Shown here: piece after piece, positions 17,326-34,697 of the stretch | Layout of the letters: every line of letters begins with the position of its first letter | Numbering within the stretch: the stretch's first letter is position 1 | NCBI RefSeq assembly: GCF_009914755.1 | Contig: NC_060930.1 | Reading direction: 5' to 3' (one strand) | DNA from: the human T2T-CHM13v2.0 reference genome, Homo sapiens | Length of the DNA stretch: 64,000 bases | Made by a program: the position numbers and the translations under genes | The notes under the pieces: generated by a model | Databases searched by the model: none | Told to the model about the DNA's origin: nothing | What the model saw: the letters and a program-made list of their open reading frames with translations, nothing else

Positions 17326-17713
17326 AGTTGGTTTGTTTTTGTTTTTAAAAATGTTTTGTTTTGTTTTTAAATAAAAACAAAAATAAACAATAATTCTATA
17401 CTATCACCTAAGTCCATATACAGATTTTTCTGATAGCTCAAGAGTATCTTTTTATAATGGATTTGTTTGTCTCTGAGACCAAACAAAGTCCATATGTTAC
17501 ATTTTGTTGTGTCTTTTAGTCCCTTCCAACCCTTTCTATGACATTGATTTTTTTAGCCAACGTGGTTTTTTGAATTGTCCATCTGTTCTCATTGATTTGT
17601 GATGCTTCCTATAGTATAATTTACATATAATAGAGTCAGTTCTGGTCCATCAAATCTGTTTCATTGAACTGTGTCTAGTATTATGTTATAATGGGCTCAC
17701 AAAAGTTATTTTA

Positions 17714-17765
17714 TTTTTAGTGGAGACGGGGGCAACAGAGCGAGACTCCATCTCAAAAAAAAAAA
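17714..17765. mobile_element. Mini-Alu with an inverted 5' segment
   Basis: Antisense TTTTTAGTGGAGACGGGG joined to sense GGGCAACAGAGCGAGACTCCATCTC(A)n; 13-bp TSD. Confidence 0.8.
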
Positions 17766-17938
17766 GTTATTTTAATTTCAGAGTAAGTTTCATTATCTAG
17801 AAGGGAAGAGGAGGTTTCAATATTTATTTATTATCTAGATGGCTTTATTATCTAGAAGGGCATTAATCTACCATTTTAACATCAGTTTTTAAAGATGTTC
17901 TTATTTGTTCTTCTAGATGCTACCTTAGGTTCTTTTAA

Positions 17939-18242
<304 letters not shown>

Positions 18243-19189
18243 TCAGGTTCTTTTAACTTTACAAGAGTAAAAATAATGTTTCTAAATCCAAATTTTGGGG
18301 TCACAGGCTCACATCAAACATAAAAGATTTAGGCAAACCAGTTATTTCTGGAGTAATGTACTATTTCCCTGCCTTCTCCACATCAAAATTTCTAAAAACA
18401 AATCTAGAAACCAAATCTACTCAATACTTCCACTTATGTCAAAAGTTAATTCAAGGAAAGAAATTACTTTATAGTAAACCACTGGGACATAATGCAAAAT
18501 AAAATAAATACTGTGAAGGAGAATTGCACTTCTGTGATTTAAGCAACAGATGAGAACACTTTCCTCTGCTGGCTTTTGAATCGAATCCAGGGGAAAAGTG
18601 AGAAGATGTGAAGCTAGAGATAAAAATGTTTATGAAATCAAGGTAAGAGTTCAAAAACATATTATTGATTTAGAAACCTTGATCAAGAAGGAACAGAATA
18701 GGAAGGAAAGGTGAGGAGTTAAGCTTATGCACATTCATTCATGCCATAAAAAATTATTTCCTTTGAGATTAAGCCCCATTGCAGAAAGAACTTGAGATGA
18801 CCAATTATTTTAGTTTCATGCTCTACCTTGACATGTTAAGTTCATGATTTATTGAAATTTGTACATACCGTGTGGATGAAATTTCTAGCTTTTGCAATTT
18901 GCTTAACTTGTTTATAGTAAGGGGTATAAGAGGTTTTGACATCTCAGGTTGTTTAGGGGTAACTGGTTGATTTCTCAACTCAGGGTAGGACACTGTGTAT
19001 CAAGGTGAAAAGGAAATTAAAGACAAATTAGCTGGATTTTCTGGGGATACTGAAATGTGGGAGTCCAGGATATAGGCCTCAAAAAACACAACTAACAATC
19101 TTCTACTGGCAAACATCTTGCATGTTAGGTCAACTGAATAATGAAGACTAACATAGGACATCAGATCATTAGATACATTCAGGAGTTAT

Positions 19190-19335
19190 TTTTTAATTTT
19201 TTTTAAAATTTTTATTATTATTTAAAAATAATTTTTTGTAGAGAGGGGCTGTCACTATGTTGTCCAGGCTGGTCTGGGCCATCCTCCTTGGCCTCCCAAA
19301 GTGCTGAGATTGCAGGTGTGCACTACCATGCCTGG
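19190..19335 (-). mobile_element. FLAM/Alu left monomer
   Basis: Monomer with a deletion. Confidence 0.8.
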
Positions 19336-20073
19336 TTGGAGTTGTCTATGCAGCAAAGAGTGACAACTTGCTGGATAGGGTCATATTAGAAAAGGTAGCA
19401 CCATCATTTTGCTCAGTTGCTGATAAAGGCTTGTGTTTTCTCACACTTTACAAAAGTATTGGCAGCTCTCAATTCACAAATGTGCTAATACAAATATCTT
19501 CTGCATGGTCTGATTGCACACCATCTCCTCAGGCCACCCATTGTCCTAGAACCAAACATCTGGAGCATGGTACCTCCTGACATCTTGGTGGAAAGTGGTG
19601 GTGGTGGTGGTTAGGCGCTGACTCTTTTCTATCAACTCTTTTTTTCCTCCTAATTTTACGTCTTGTATTCTCTTTTGAACAATGCTGTTGATTTTTGTTC
19701 AGGCATAATTCCACTTTGCAATTTAACTATTGACCCTCTACTTAAGAATTGCCCCTGTACATTTGATAGATTGAGGTGCAGGTCCAGAAAGGGGTCACAA
19801 TGTAAAAAGAACAAAGGAGCCTTCTGGAAAAGAAATTATTCTAAGGGTGCTAGCATAGCCCTGGAAATGTCAGGCTCTGTCAACTCCATGTTTCTGCATA
19901 TGTTGTCCACACTGTCTACAACACATTTCTTCATGTAGGTAATCCTTTCTCATCTTTCAAGACTCACCTTGATCACACACCTTTTCTAGATCATTCCTGT
20001 CATCTACGCTATGTTTCTACAATCATCTGTAATTCTCTCTGCCATAGCATTTATTATACTATATTTCAATTAG

Positions 20074-20399
20074 TTTTTTCTTTTTCTTTCTTTTTTTTTT
20101 TTTTCTTGAGACAGGGTCTCTCTCTGTGACCCAGACTGGAGTGCAGTGGTGGTGCGATCTCGGCTCACTGCAACCTCCACCTCCTGGGTTCAACTGATTC
20201 ACCCACCTCAGCCTTCTGAGTAGCTGGGATTACAGGCGCCCGCCACCACAGGCTGGCTAGTTTTTTTGTGTGTGTTTTTAGTAGAGATGGGGTTTCACCA
20301 TATTGGTCAGGCTGGTCTCGAACTCCCAACCTCAGGTGATCCACCCATCTCAGCCTCCCAAAGTGCTGGGATTACAAGCAAGAACCACCACGCTTGGCC
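20074..20399 (-). mobile_element. AluS inserted in an L2 3' end
   Basis: L2 motif (TTAGAATGTAAACTTCTTGAGGGCAGGAAC) resumes after the Alu. Confidence 0.9.
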
Positions 20400-21167
20400 T
20401 AATTTGTTATTTTTGTTCTCTACCTTCACTATTAGAATGTAAACTTCTTGAGGGCAGGAACTGAGTTATATTCACTACTGGTCAGCAGTACCTTCCATGA
20501 TGTGGAGAACACATAATATCTTCTCAGAGTAAATGAATAGAGTTTGATTTAATGACATTATCTCAGCGAGAGAAGGAAGGGGCAGTGATTCAGATTACAG
20601 TGATGTGTCTGTCATGCAGATGATCCTTGACCCAGTTTCTATGCATTTATGTCTTTATCCTAGAGAGAAGTTTTGGGGAATAGCAAAGGAGTATCTCACT
20701 GAAACTCCTATAAGAGGTTAGAAGCTCAAGGCAGCTCTGCTTTAAGATATACATCACTGAATGTGTATCTATAACCAAATGTGTACATTCTTTCCACTCT
20801 TCTGATAACCAGGAACAGCAGGAACAATTTCTAAGTATTAGAATCCTTGGCAACAGGTGACCAGAATGATCCAAACAGAAGAAATAAAAGTTGTAGCCAC
20901 CACCATAGTAATAGTCCCATGTTTCTGAGCACTTGGGAAACAAATATCAAGCATATTGTACCTATTTTCTATCATTGCTCCTGTTCTTTTTTTCTTGCAC
21001 TCTTTTTCTGCCACCTCTGGCTTTAACTGAGTATTTTATGTAATTCAATTTTCTCTCTTCTCTTAGCATATCAATTATACTTCTTAAACAATTTTTAGTG
21101 GTTGCTTTAGAGTTTGCAATATACATTTACGACTAACCTAAATCCAACTTCAAATAACACTATAACA

Positions 21168-21860
21168 GTTGGGCATGGTGGCTCGTGCCTAAAATCCCAG
21201 TACTTTGGGAGGCCAAAGCAGGAATATTGCTTAAGGCCAGGAGTTCAAGACCTGCCTGGGCAAAACAGCCAGGTCCCATGTCTGCAAAAAGTAAAAAATA
21301 AATAAATAAAAATTAGCCAAGTGTGGTGGTGTGCACCTGTTGTCCTAGCTACTTCGGAGGTAGAGGTGGGAGGATTGCTTGAGCCCAGGAGTTCAAGGCT
21401 GCAGTGAGTCATGATCATGCCACTGCACTCCTAGCCTGGGCAACAGAGCAAGACCTTTGTTGCTAAAAAAAAAAAAAAAAAAAAAAAAATTAGATTTCCT
21501 TTCTCAAAAATTATTTTGCAATGATAATATGTTAACTCTATAATAAGAAAAATTGAGCCAGGCATGGTGGCTTATGCCTGTAATCCCAGCACTTTAGGAG
21601 ATTGAGGAAGGCCAATTGTTTGAGCTTAGGAGTTTGAGACCGTTCTGGACAACATAGTGAGACCTCATTTCTATAAAAAATAAGCAAAAAAATTTAGTTG
21701 TATACAGTGGTGTACAACTTGGGAGGCTGAGGTGGGAGTTTCACTGGACCCAGGAGTTTAAGGCTTCAGTGAGCTGAGACTGTGCCACTGCACTCCAGCC
21801 AGGGCAACAGAGCGAGACCCTGTCTCAAAAAACAAAACAAAAAACAAGGAAAAGAGAAAA
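21168..21860 (+). mobile_element. Two AluJ elements
   Basis: ~21168-21488 and ~21556-21860. Confidence 0.9.
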
Positions 21861-21879
21861 AATGTTAGTTTAAATTTTG

Positions 21880-24100
<2,221 letters not shown>

Positions 24101-24479
24101 ACTACTTTTAGGACCTTTTATTGAATAGATGTAGAAAAGATGCCATGGATTGTGTACATGGGCTGTTTGTGTGTTGTGTGTGTGTGTGTCTAATAGTTAT
24201 TTGAATTTAAAAGCATATTGAATTTAAAAGCATAAAAGGAGAACCACAAGAATTAGCTGCCAATGTGCTTGGAAATGTATCACCATCTCCTTCACAAACA
24301 TTGCCTTTTTTATTGTTTTCTAAATAAATATGTTTTCCTTCATGAATCATGAGCTACTTTTCAATATGTTATTAATTTTTTCTTTTCCATTCTTACCATG
24401 TTAAATTATTTGCTTTTCATTGCCAATTCTGACACAGTATTATTATCTGCCTTTTATTCTTCCTTAAAAATAAGTTCTT

Positions 24480-25098
24480 GGCTGTGTGTGGTGGCTCATG
24501 CCAGTAATCCCAGCACTTTGGGAGACTGAGGCAGGCAGATCACTTGAGCCCAGGAGTTCAAGACCACCCTGGGCAACATGGCAAAACCTCCTCTCTACAA
24601 AAAAATACAAAAATTAGCCAGGTGTGGGCCAGGCGCGGTGGCTCATGCCTGTAATCCCAGCACTTTGGGAGGCTAAGACAGGCGGATCACGAGGTCAGGA
24701 GATCGAGACCATCCTGGTTAACACGGCAAAACCCCGTCTCTACTAAAAGTACAAAAAAATTAGCTGGGCATAGTGGCATGCACCTGTAGTTCCAGATGCT
24801 GTGGAGGCTGAGGCAGGAGAATGGTGTGAACTCGGGAGGCAGAGCTTGCAGTGAGCCAAGATCGCACCACTGCGCTCCAGCCTGGGTGACAGAGCAAGAC
24901 TCCATCTAAAAAAAAAAATTAGCCAGGTGTGGTGGTATGTACTGTAGTCCCAGCTACCATAGAGGCTGAGGTGGGAGGTTTGCTAGAGCCCGGGAGGTTG
25001 AGGCTCCGTGAGCCATGATCCAACCACTGCATGCCAGCTTGAGTGACGAGTAAGACCCCGTCTCAAAATAAATAAGTAAATACATAAATAAATAAATA
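24480..25098 (+). mobile_element. AluJ with nested AluY (24627-24918)
   Basis: Inner TSD AAAAATTAGCCAGGTGTG; outer TSD ATAAGTTCTT. Confidence 0.95.
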
Positions 25099-25231
25099 TA
25101 AGTTCTTACAGCATTGTATGGAAAACTGCATTCACTTAAAAAATGCTTAAAAATGAGATTTTGGAATTTGCATAATTTAGGGACTTTTATACACTGAATT
25201 ACAAAATGTAAGACTTTAGTCCTCTTGAAAA

Positions 25232-25694
25232 TTTTTATTTTATTTTTATTATATTATTTTTTTAAGACAGGGTTTCATTCTGTCACCCAGGCTGGCGTGC
25301 AATGGTGAGATCACAGCTCACTGAAGCCTCAATCTTCTGGGCTTAAGTGATCCTCTCATCTCAGCCTCCCAAATAGCTGGGACCACAGGCACACACCACC
25401 ATACCCAGCTATTTTATTATTAGTAGTATTTGCAGAGATGGGGTCTGGCCATGTTGCCCAGGCTGATCTCAAACTCCTTGGGCTCAAACCAGCCTGGCCA
25501 ACATGGTGAAACTCCATCTCTACTAAAAATACAAAAATTAGCCAGGTGTGGTGGCACGCACCTGTAATCCCAGCTACTTGGGAGGCTGAGGCAGGAGAAT
25601 GGCATGAACTCAGGAGGCAGAGCTTGCAGTGAGCAGAGATCGCGACACTGCACTCTAGCCTAACAGTGCGAGACTCTGTCTCAAAAAAAAAAAA
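25232..25694. mobile_element. Head-to-head fusion of antisense AluJ and sense AluS/Y, both lacking 5' ends
   Basis: Junction at ~25487/25488 with no spacer. Confidence 0.9.
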
Positions 25695-25930
25695 GAATTA
25701 AATTTTAATTAAATAAATTTTAAAATTAATATTTACAGAAAATGTTAAATATTACCTCAAATAGATATTCTAATTTTGTAATTGGAGGTTTTCAGACAAT
25801 TTTAGTCCTCTATATCACGTTCAAATTGGTCTCATCAGTGACCTTCCTCCAAAGTAGATACATGATTTGCAAATGATAAATAGAAGATTTAGGAGAAGGG
25901 AGAAAAATGTTTTCATGCTCATTTCTTATC

Positions 25931-26245
25931 TTTTTGTTTTTGGGTTTTTTGTTTTTGATTTTTGATACAGGGTCTCGCTCTGTCACACAAGCTGGAGTGC
26001 AGTGGTGAGATCATGGCTCACTGCAGGCTTGACCTCCCAGGCTCAAACAATCCTCCAGCCTCAGCTTCCCCAAGTAGCTGGGACTACAGCCACACACCAC
26101 CATGCCTGGCTAATTTTTGTGCTTTTGGTAGGACGTGGTTTCACCACGTTGCCCAGGCTGGTCTCAAACCCCTGGGCTCAAGCAATGCTTCCCAGCTCGG
26201 CCTCCCAAAGTGTTGGGATTACAAGCATGAGCCGCCTCACCTGGA
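25931..26245 (-). mobile_element. AluJ
   Basis: Diverged dimer. Confidence 0.95.
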
Positions 26246-26921
26246 CACTTTTTATCTTATAGTCATTTGAATTAGGCAATTGGTTATATTTTGAAAACTC
26301 AGTACAATTCTTGGAGAGTTGTCTGGGGTAAATTTTTTCACTGTCACTTTGAAAACTAAAGATAAATTTTAACATCATAACCTCATCATCTCACAGCTTA
26401 ATAAATATTTAAACTTTACTCTGTTTAATAACATTGATAATTAGACCATTATTAATTAAATTTTAAATATACCTGTAAAATGAAATTAAAACAATAATTA
26501 AAAATCTGGAAATATTTTTTATGTCAAAGAATCTAGGTTGGACACTAACATAATGTAAACACTTGTACAAGTATCTGGTGACTGTAATTTCTCAGTTATT
26601 TTGAACAAAGTAAAAATTTGGGATATTAAAATTGATTTGTGATGATTATAGATTTAATAATCAGTGTTACAACTAGATAACCATAAACAACCTTATTATA
26701 TAATTAGTGTTTAAAATTTTTTTTTTTAATTTTCATTGTAACTATAATGAATCTGATTTGAAGGAGAAGGTTCATTAAATTGTTTGGAAATTTGCAATTG
26801 CTCTTTAAACATTCATTTTCCTTGATCGCTAATTTTATGTAAGAAACATTCATCACTGAGTTGTAAAATCAACCACAGTAAATAAATACCAACTGCTTAC
26901 AAGACTTAAGACCATTTATAA

Positions 26922-27287
<366 letters not shown>

Positions 27288-27304
27288 TCAAAATTGGAAA
27301 CTTT

Positions 27305-28022
<718 letters not shown>

Positions 28023-28366
28023 GAAATATGAAATTTTTTGAGGCCCAACATGTTGTTCAAAGGAAATGCTCACTGCAGCATTTTGAATTTTAATTTTCAG
28101 ATTAGGGATGCTGAACCGATAAGCATAATATGAATATTCCAAAATCTGCCCAAACACTTCTGGTCCAAAGTATTTCAGATAAGGGATACTGAACCTGTAT
28201 AAGCTGTTCATCTAAGCTATATTAAATATGTCTTCTTATCAAATTGTTCCATTAAACTATAATAAAGATAAATCAATGGCATACTATGAATTTCCTCAGG
28301 CTTATTTGATCTTCTTTTAAGCAAAGGTTGCAATTTTTATTCTGTACAATATAAAACCATATTACA

Positions 28367-28684
<318 letters not shown>

Positions 28685-29416
28685 TCCATATACATAGATT
28701 TGATGTATAGGTTCTACATTTTTTACTTTTGGAAAAAATATGTAGGGAAAAAGTTTACAAATCTCTCATTCTCTGCTATAAAAAGTTATAAATGAAACCA
28801 ACAATTATTTGTGCAGTTATCAGTTCTGAATACAATATGAATTATACCTAGAAATTAGAATTTATCTAGATGCCTCTGCCTGCTTGTGAAGAACACAAAA
28901 TTATATCACAGAACACTCTGGCTTCTATAATTTGGGGCAATTTTGAAAAGCAGACTTCTTCCTAATGTAAGGAAAGAATAATTTTTCCATAAGTCACCCA
29001 GCATAAAAAAAGTTCATGGTCTGATTTATCTTTTTTAAAAGGCGAAATGATTCACTATTATATTTGCATGGATTATTTTGATCCTTACTAGTCCCTAATT
29101 GTGAAATAAATTTAGCATGTGTTATATCTGTTTGGGTTTTCCCAGCAAGAGACTGATATAAAATGTAGCAAATTGGCTGAAGTACATGGGCTAAAGTAAA
29201 ATGAATTGAATAATTAAATATAAAATGTTTACCAACTTTATTCTTCCTAATTTTACAACTGTCTTGTATATTGAGATTAACTGTTTCTTGAGTCTATGAA
29301 CACAACTGAATCTGATATTTTAACACCCTGCAGTGCCACTGCTTGTTTGATGTTTCATTTTGCAATGCATATGGTCATTTTGCCCAACTTCAATTCTTCT
29401 CCAGACTTCATTATCA

Positions 29417-29742
<326 letters not shown>

Positions 29743-29947
29743 CTTTATCATCTTTAGCAAGTTAAATACATACTTGCTTTTGAGACTAGACAGAATTTTT
29801 TAAATTTTCATTTACAATCATTAACATTGCCTGTGATGAACCATCCTTAGCATCTTGGAAGCTTTCAGATATAAAAATGTTATAAGCTGAGCAAAGTCTT
29901 TTCAGTTTTTCAAGCATTATTAATGCTTTCTTTTTAAAAATTAATAG

Positions 29948-30249
<302 letters not shown>

Positions 30250-30450
30250 AAAATTAACAGTTTTTAAAAGTTTTTGCATTATTTCTTTTTCTAAAGTTAT
30301 GATATGGCTTGGAGATAGCTGTTCATGAATTCTGCTCCCTTTAAGCACCTTCATAAATCTGGATTTTTAAGCTTTATTTATTTATTTATTTTAAAAGTAC
30401 ATCCACAGAGTGATATAGATATTGAGCTTTAAATATGGGTAGCTGTGGGG

Positions 30451-30812
<362 letters not shown>

Positions 30813-31259
30813 TAATTAGCCAAGATGGATGAAAACTATGTGGGCATATACATCAAACAGGGGAAACTGCAGTCGCTTTCCACAGCAGGCGCTGAGCTCC
30901 ACTCCTGACTTTTCCTGGGCACTCACTGACATTTGCACATCCTGAGAAGCCACTACCGCACCTGCAGACGATGCAGTGGCCCGCCCCAGTCTCTTAGAGT
31001 CCCCCCAGCAGTAAAACAATCCCAATGACGATACTTCCCACTTGAGTGTGTGACCCTCCTAACACTCACTCCGCCTCTCTGTTTTCGTTTTGTTTTTAAA
31101 GATCCCTTTTAGAAAATATCACACGATTTTGTTTTACAGTTGAGTAATGCGTAAAAAAGACATCAAGTTTTTAAATTTCTATGCAAATATTTGTAATGTT
31201 AATATTTTAATAGAATGTCTGCAGTGTCTTCAACCTCTTCTTTTCTTAGGCACTTTGCA

Positions 31260-31505
31260 TTCAGCGTTCGAACATGCCGAGTTCCTCCTGCGGAAACACC
31301 AAACGAAAGGGAACTTCTCCCACCTCAGCCTCCGTCCAGTAACAACCGGGCTATCCTTTCCCTCCGGTTCACCGCCAAACTTCTTGAAAGATTCTCATCT
31401 ATACTTTGTTTAAACAAGGCCAACTTACCTTTTCACACGCTGAAATCGTGCTTCTGCTGAGTGTTCAAGAGGAACTATTCTCACCGTGGTCACCAGCGAC
31501 TCATG
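31260..31505 (-). promoter_or_regulatory. Small CpG-retaining unique element with minus-strand splice signals (candidate promoter or first exons)
   Basis: 13 CpGs in ~240 bp of non-repeat DNA; donor AAG|GTAAGT at 31429/31428; acceptor TTCCCTTTCGTTTGGTGTTTCCGCAG|G at 31288/31287. Confidence 0.4.
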
Positions 31506-31526
31506 AATTGTCAAAACTGAGGGACA

Positions 31527-31832
31527 GGCCGGGATCACATCTGTAATCCCGGCACATTGGGAGACCAAGGTGGGCGGATCACTTGAGGTCAGGAGTTCAA
31601 GACCAGCCTGGGCAGCATGGCAAAACCCCGTCTCTACTAAAAATACAAAAATTAGCTTGGTGTGCTGGCACAAACCTGTAATCCAGGTACTCCAGAAGCT
31701 GAGGTGGGAGGATTGCTTGAACCCAGGAGGCAAAGGTAGCAGTGAGTCGAGACTGTACCACTACACTCCAGCCTGGGTGACTGAGTGACAGCTTGTCTCA
31801 AAAAAACACAAAGAAAAACAAAACAAAAAAAT
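31527..31832 (+). mobile_element. AluJ/S
   Basis: TSD AAA(A/T)ACTGAGGG. Confidence 0.9.
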
Positions 31833-33469
31833 ACTGAGGGGCAGTTTCTGTCCTTGCCTGATCCTTGGGAAGCATGTGTCAGCATAAACAGTTCCCTCCT
31901 TTGGGCCCAGAACTGTCTCCTGGAAAATACATGAATATCTCACAGGAATGCGAAACATAACATGTTCAGGATAAAACTAACCATATTCCCCCCAAATCTG
32001 CTTCTTAGCAGGGGTCCTGTAGGAATGGCCCCACTATCTACTTAATGAGTGAGTACAATTTTAGCCATTAATATTTGCCTTGTCATTACTTCGTAACATG
32101 TAGATGTACAGTTTTGAGGATACAAATATATTTTGTGGAGTAGAATGTAAAAAATAGCATATTTTTATTAATTAAATGAGACAAAATTTATACCTTTTTT
32201 TCCAATCAAATTCTGCTCAAAAGGTTAATGTATGACCAAAAATAAAGTTTGTAAGTGGTACCTGGAAAAAATGTGTGCTACTCCAAACATGTGGAAATTA
32301 GAGAAATAAGATGGACCCTGAAAGAAAAACTAGTAAAATCCACAATATTGAATGAGATTAGTTATCTGTGGGAGTAACCCAAACACAGCTTAAATTCCTA
32401 ATTAAGGAAGTTGGAAATGCCCAAAACTCTACCAAAGCATTCTGAGTGTCTCACTGGAATATTTATTAAATTCAAACCTAACAGATTGTAAAATGTAGAG
32501 AAAGGATCAAACTGAAAAGAGATATTTAGCTAGAAAACAGAAAACTAAATTGCAATGAGTCAGGTATTGACATGTATATCTGTGAAGGTCTTGAGGCAGG
32601 TGTCTCATCCCTTTGGTGCAAATGTAGGCTTCAGACTCTTGGAACCTGGTGTCGTTAAATATTTCAATCATATAATTGACTTCCCATTTATGTTCCATAG
32701 TCTAATCATAAACTAAATTTCGATGGAGACCAGCCTACATGAAGAGTATAGCTATGCCACATGAATTTACTGTTTCCAAAATATAAATAAATACACCAAT
32801 ACATTGGCCTTGAAGTTATAGCTCAGTCTCTTTGAGGTACCTTAACCTGAATATAGTCATCCATGACCTCTGAATTTCCAATTCATCTATAACTTCTAAG
32901 ATTTGACTCTAGAATATGAAGGTCTAATTGATGTACTGCTACTCCTTTGTAGAGAGATTTCTTTTACTTAGAAATCCTTATATTTTTGTGTCATTGATAA
33001 ACTTTCAACCAGTGTTTTGCTGGCAACTCTGGAAATAAATGTTTGCAATTACATATTACTGAATTGATTTTTTCTTTGCCATTTCTATAAAAACAGCACC
33101 TTTCATGTTTAACTTCTATTAGTATTAAAGCTTAAAATACTCTTACTATATCAGGATAGTAACTGTATTTATGCTTTTAGCATTATTACTCATCTGGTAA
33201 CTATGCCAATTCATCTCGCCCTACCATTGTGCTTCACCGGGATGATCTCATTCCATTCCAACATTCAACATGAATTTCAGGATGAGAATGAAGCCCAAAC
33301 ATGATTTCAAACACACCCTTCTGTCTGATTCTAGTCTCTTGACTCTTTTTGACATTTCTTCTTATATTTTTTATTATTGATTTTTCAAAACTGGAAGATT
33401 TAAATTTTTCTTCTTAAATATATTAACCTTTAATAATCACAACTATCAAAGCCATAAACAAAAATCACT

Positions 33470-33786
33470 GTTTTTATTTTTTCATTTATTAATTTTTCTA
33501 TTTTTTTGAGATAATCTTACTCTATGAGTCAGGCTGAAGTACAATGGCGTAATCTGGGCTCACGGCAACCTCCGCCTCCCAGGCTCAAGCAATTCTCCTG
33601 CCTCAGCCTCCTAAGTAGCTGGGATTACAGGTGCCTGCCACCATGCTCAGCTAATTTTTGTGTTTTTAGTAGACACAGGGGTTCACCATGTTGGCCAGCC
33701 TGGTCTCGAACTCCTGACCTCAAGTGATCTGCCTGCCTCAGCCTCCCAAAGTACTGAGATTACAGGCATGAGCCACTGTGCCTGGA
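33470..33786 (-). mobile_element. AluS
   Basis: Full dimer. Confidence 0.9.
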
Positions 33787-34697
33787 TTCATTCTTCCTTT
33801 TTATATTCCCAACTGTCAACACACCTGTCAGTTTGAACTCCTTTTTTTCAAACTATGTTCCCTCTCCTAGTGATGTATGCAGTATTAATTAATTTTTTCC
33901 TAAATTTTTTTTTGGTTGCCTTTTCTTCTAAGTCATTTCCAATATTCAACAAGAAGAATATTATCCTGGTTGCTGAAGATGCAGTTTCCAATTTGTTCTT
34001 TGACACATAAAGACAGTTTTGTTCTCTGTAAGTTAGTAGATTAAATTGAGAACAAGCAGTCTGTGTTTTAAGTTTTCAGTGCCCAGTACTTTAAAACAAA
34101 GTGGGACCCAATGGTAGATATCAATCATATAATAATGAGCCCCACAACAAAATATATCTTTATTTTTCTTTACATTTAATAATTTTAAAACAGTATGGGT
34201 GTATGCAGGGTAGTCTCATGAAGATAAGACCTATGAAACCCCTTGAAAGGCTGAAAGTATTGCCCTATTTGTGTTTCTTGTTATTTGTGCATTCATTTTC
34301 GTGTTCTCTAGCAATAGCTCATCTCCTATTTTTTCCATCATGCTTTTAAAAGGGCCAGAATTTGGATCACTATTTAAGTAATCCAAAGGACAATATATTA
34401 CCATATAATGTAGAATTTTGTGTGTGTGATTTCGTAAGAAAGATATTTGAAAAAAAATTGTTTTGTCTGCCTTTTACTTCCTGCCATGTCTTCCCATAGA
34501 CCAAAATCGTAGTAGGTATTGATAATATATTTTGATTTTTTGTTCTGTGCCATGCACTGTTCTAAGAGTGTGTGTGTATATATATACATAATTTTACACA
34601 TTTAATCTCAAAACAACCACAATCCTTATTCTCATATTTTTCAGGGAAAAAAGGGTCAGAAATTTTCTTTGTTGAGCATCATACAAAGCCATTTCTT

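Noticed and set aside
17793-17860. Three copies of ATTATCTAGA(A/T)GG
   Set aside because: A small local duplication with no further structure.
18549-18647. Possible plus-strand exon ending AAG|GTAAGA
   Set aside because: The acceptor lacks a polypyrimidine tract and no partner exons are evident.
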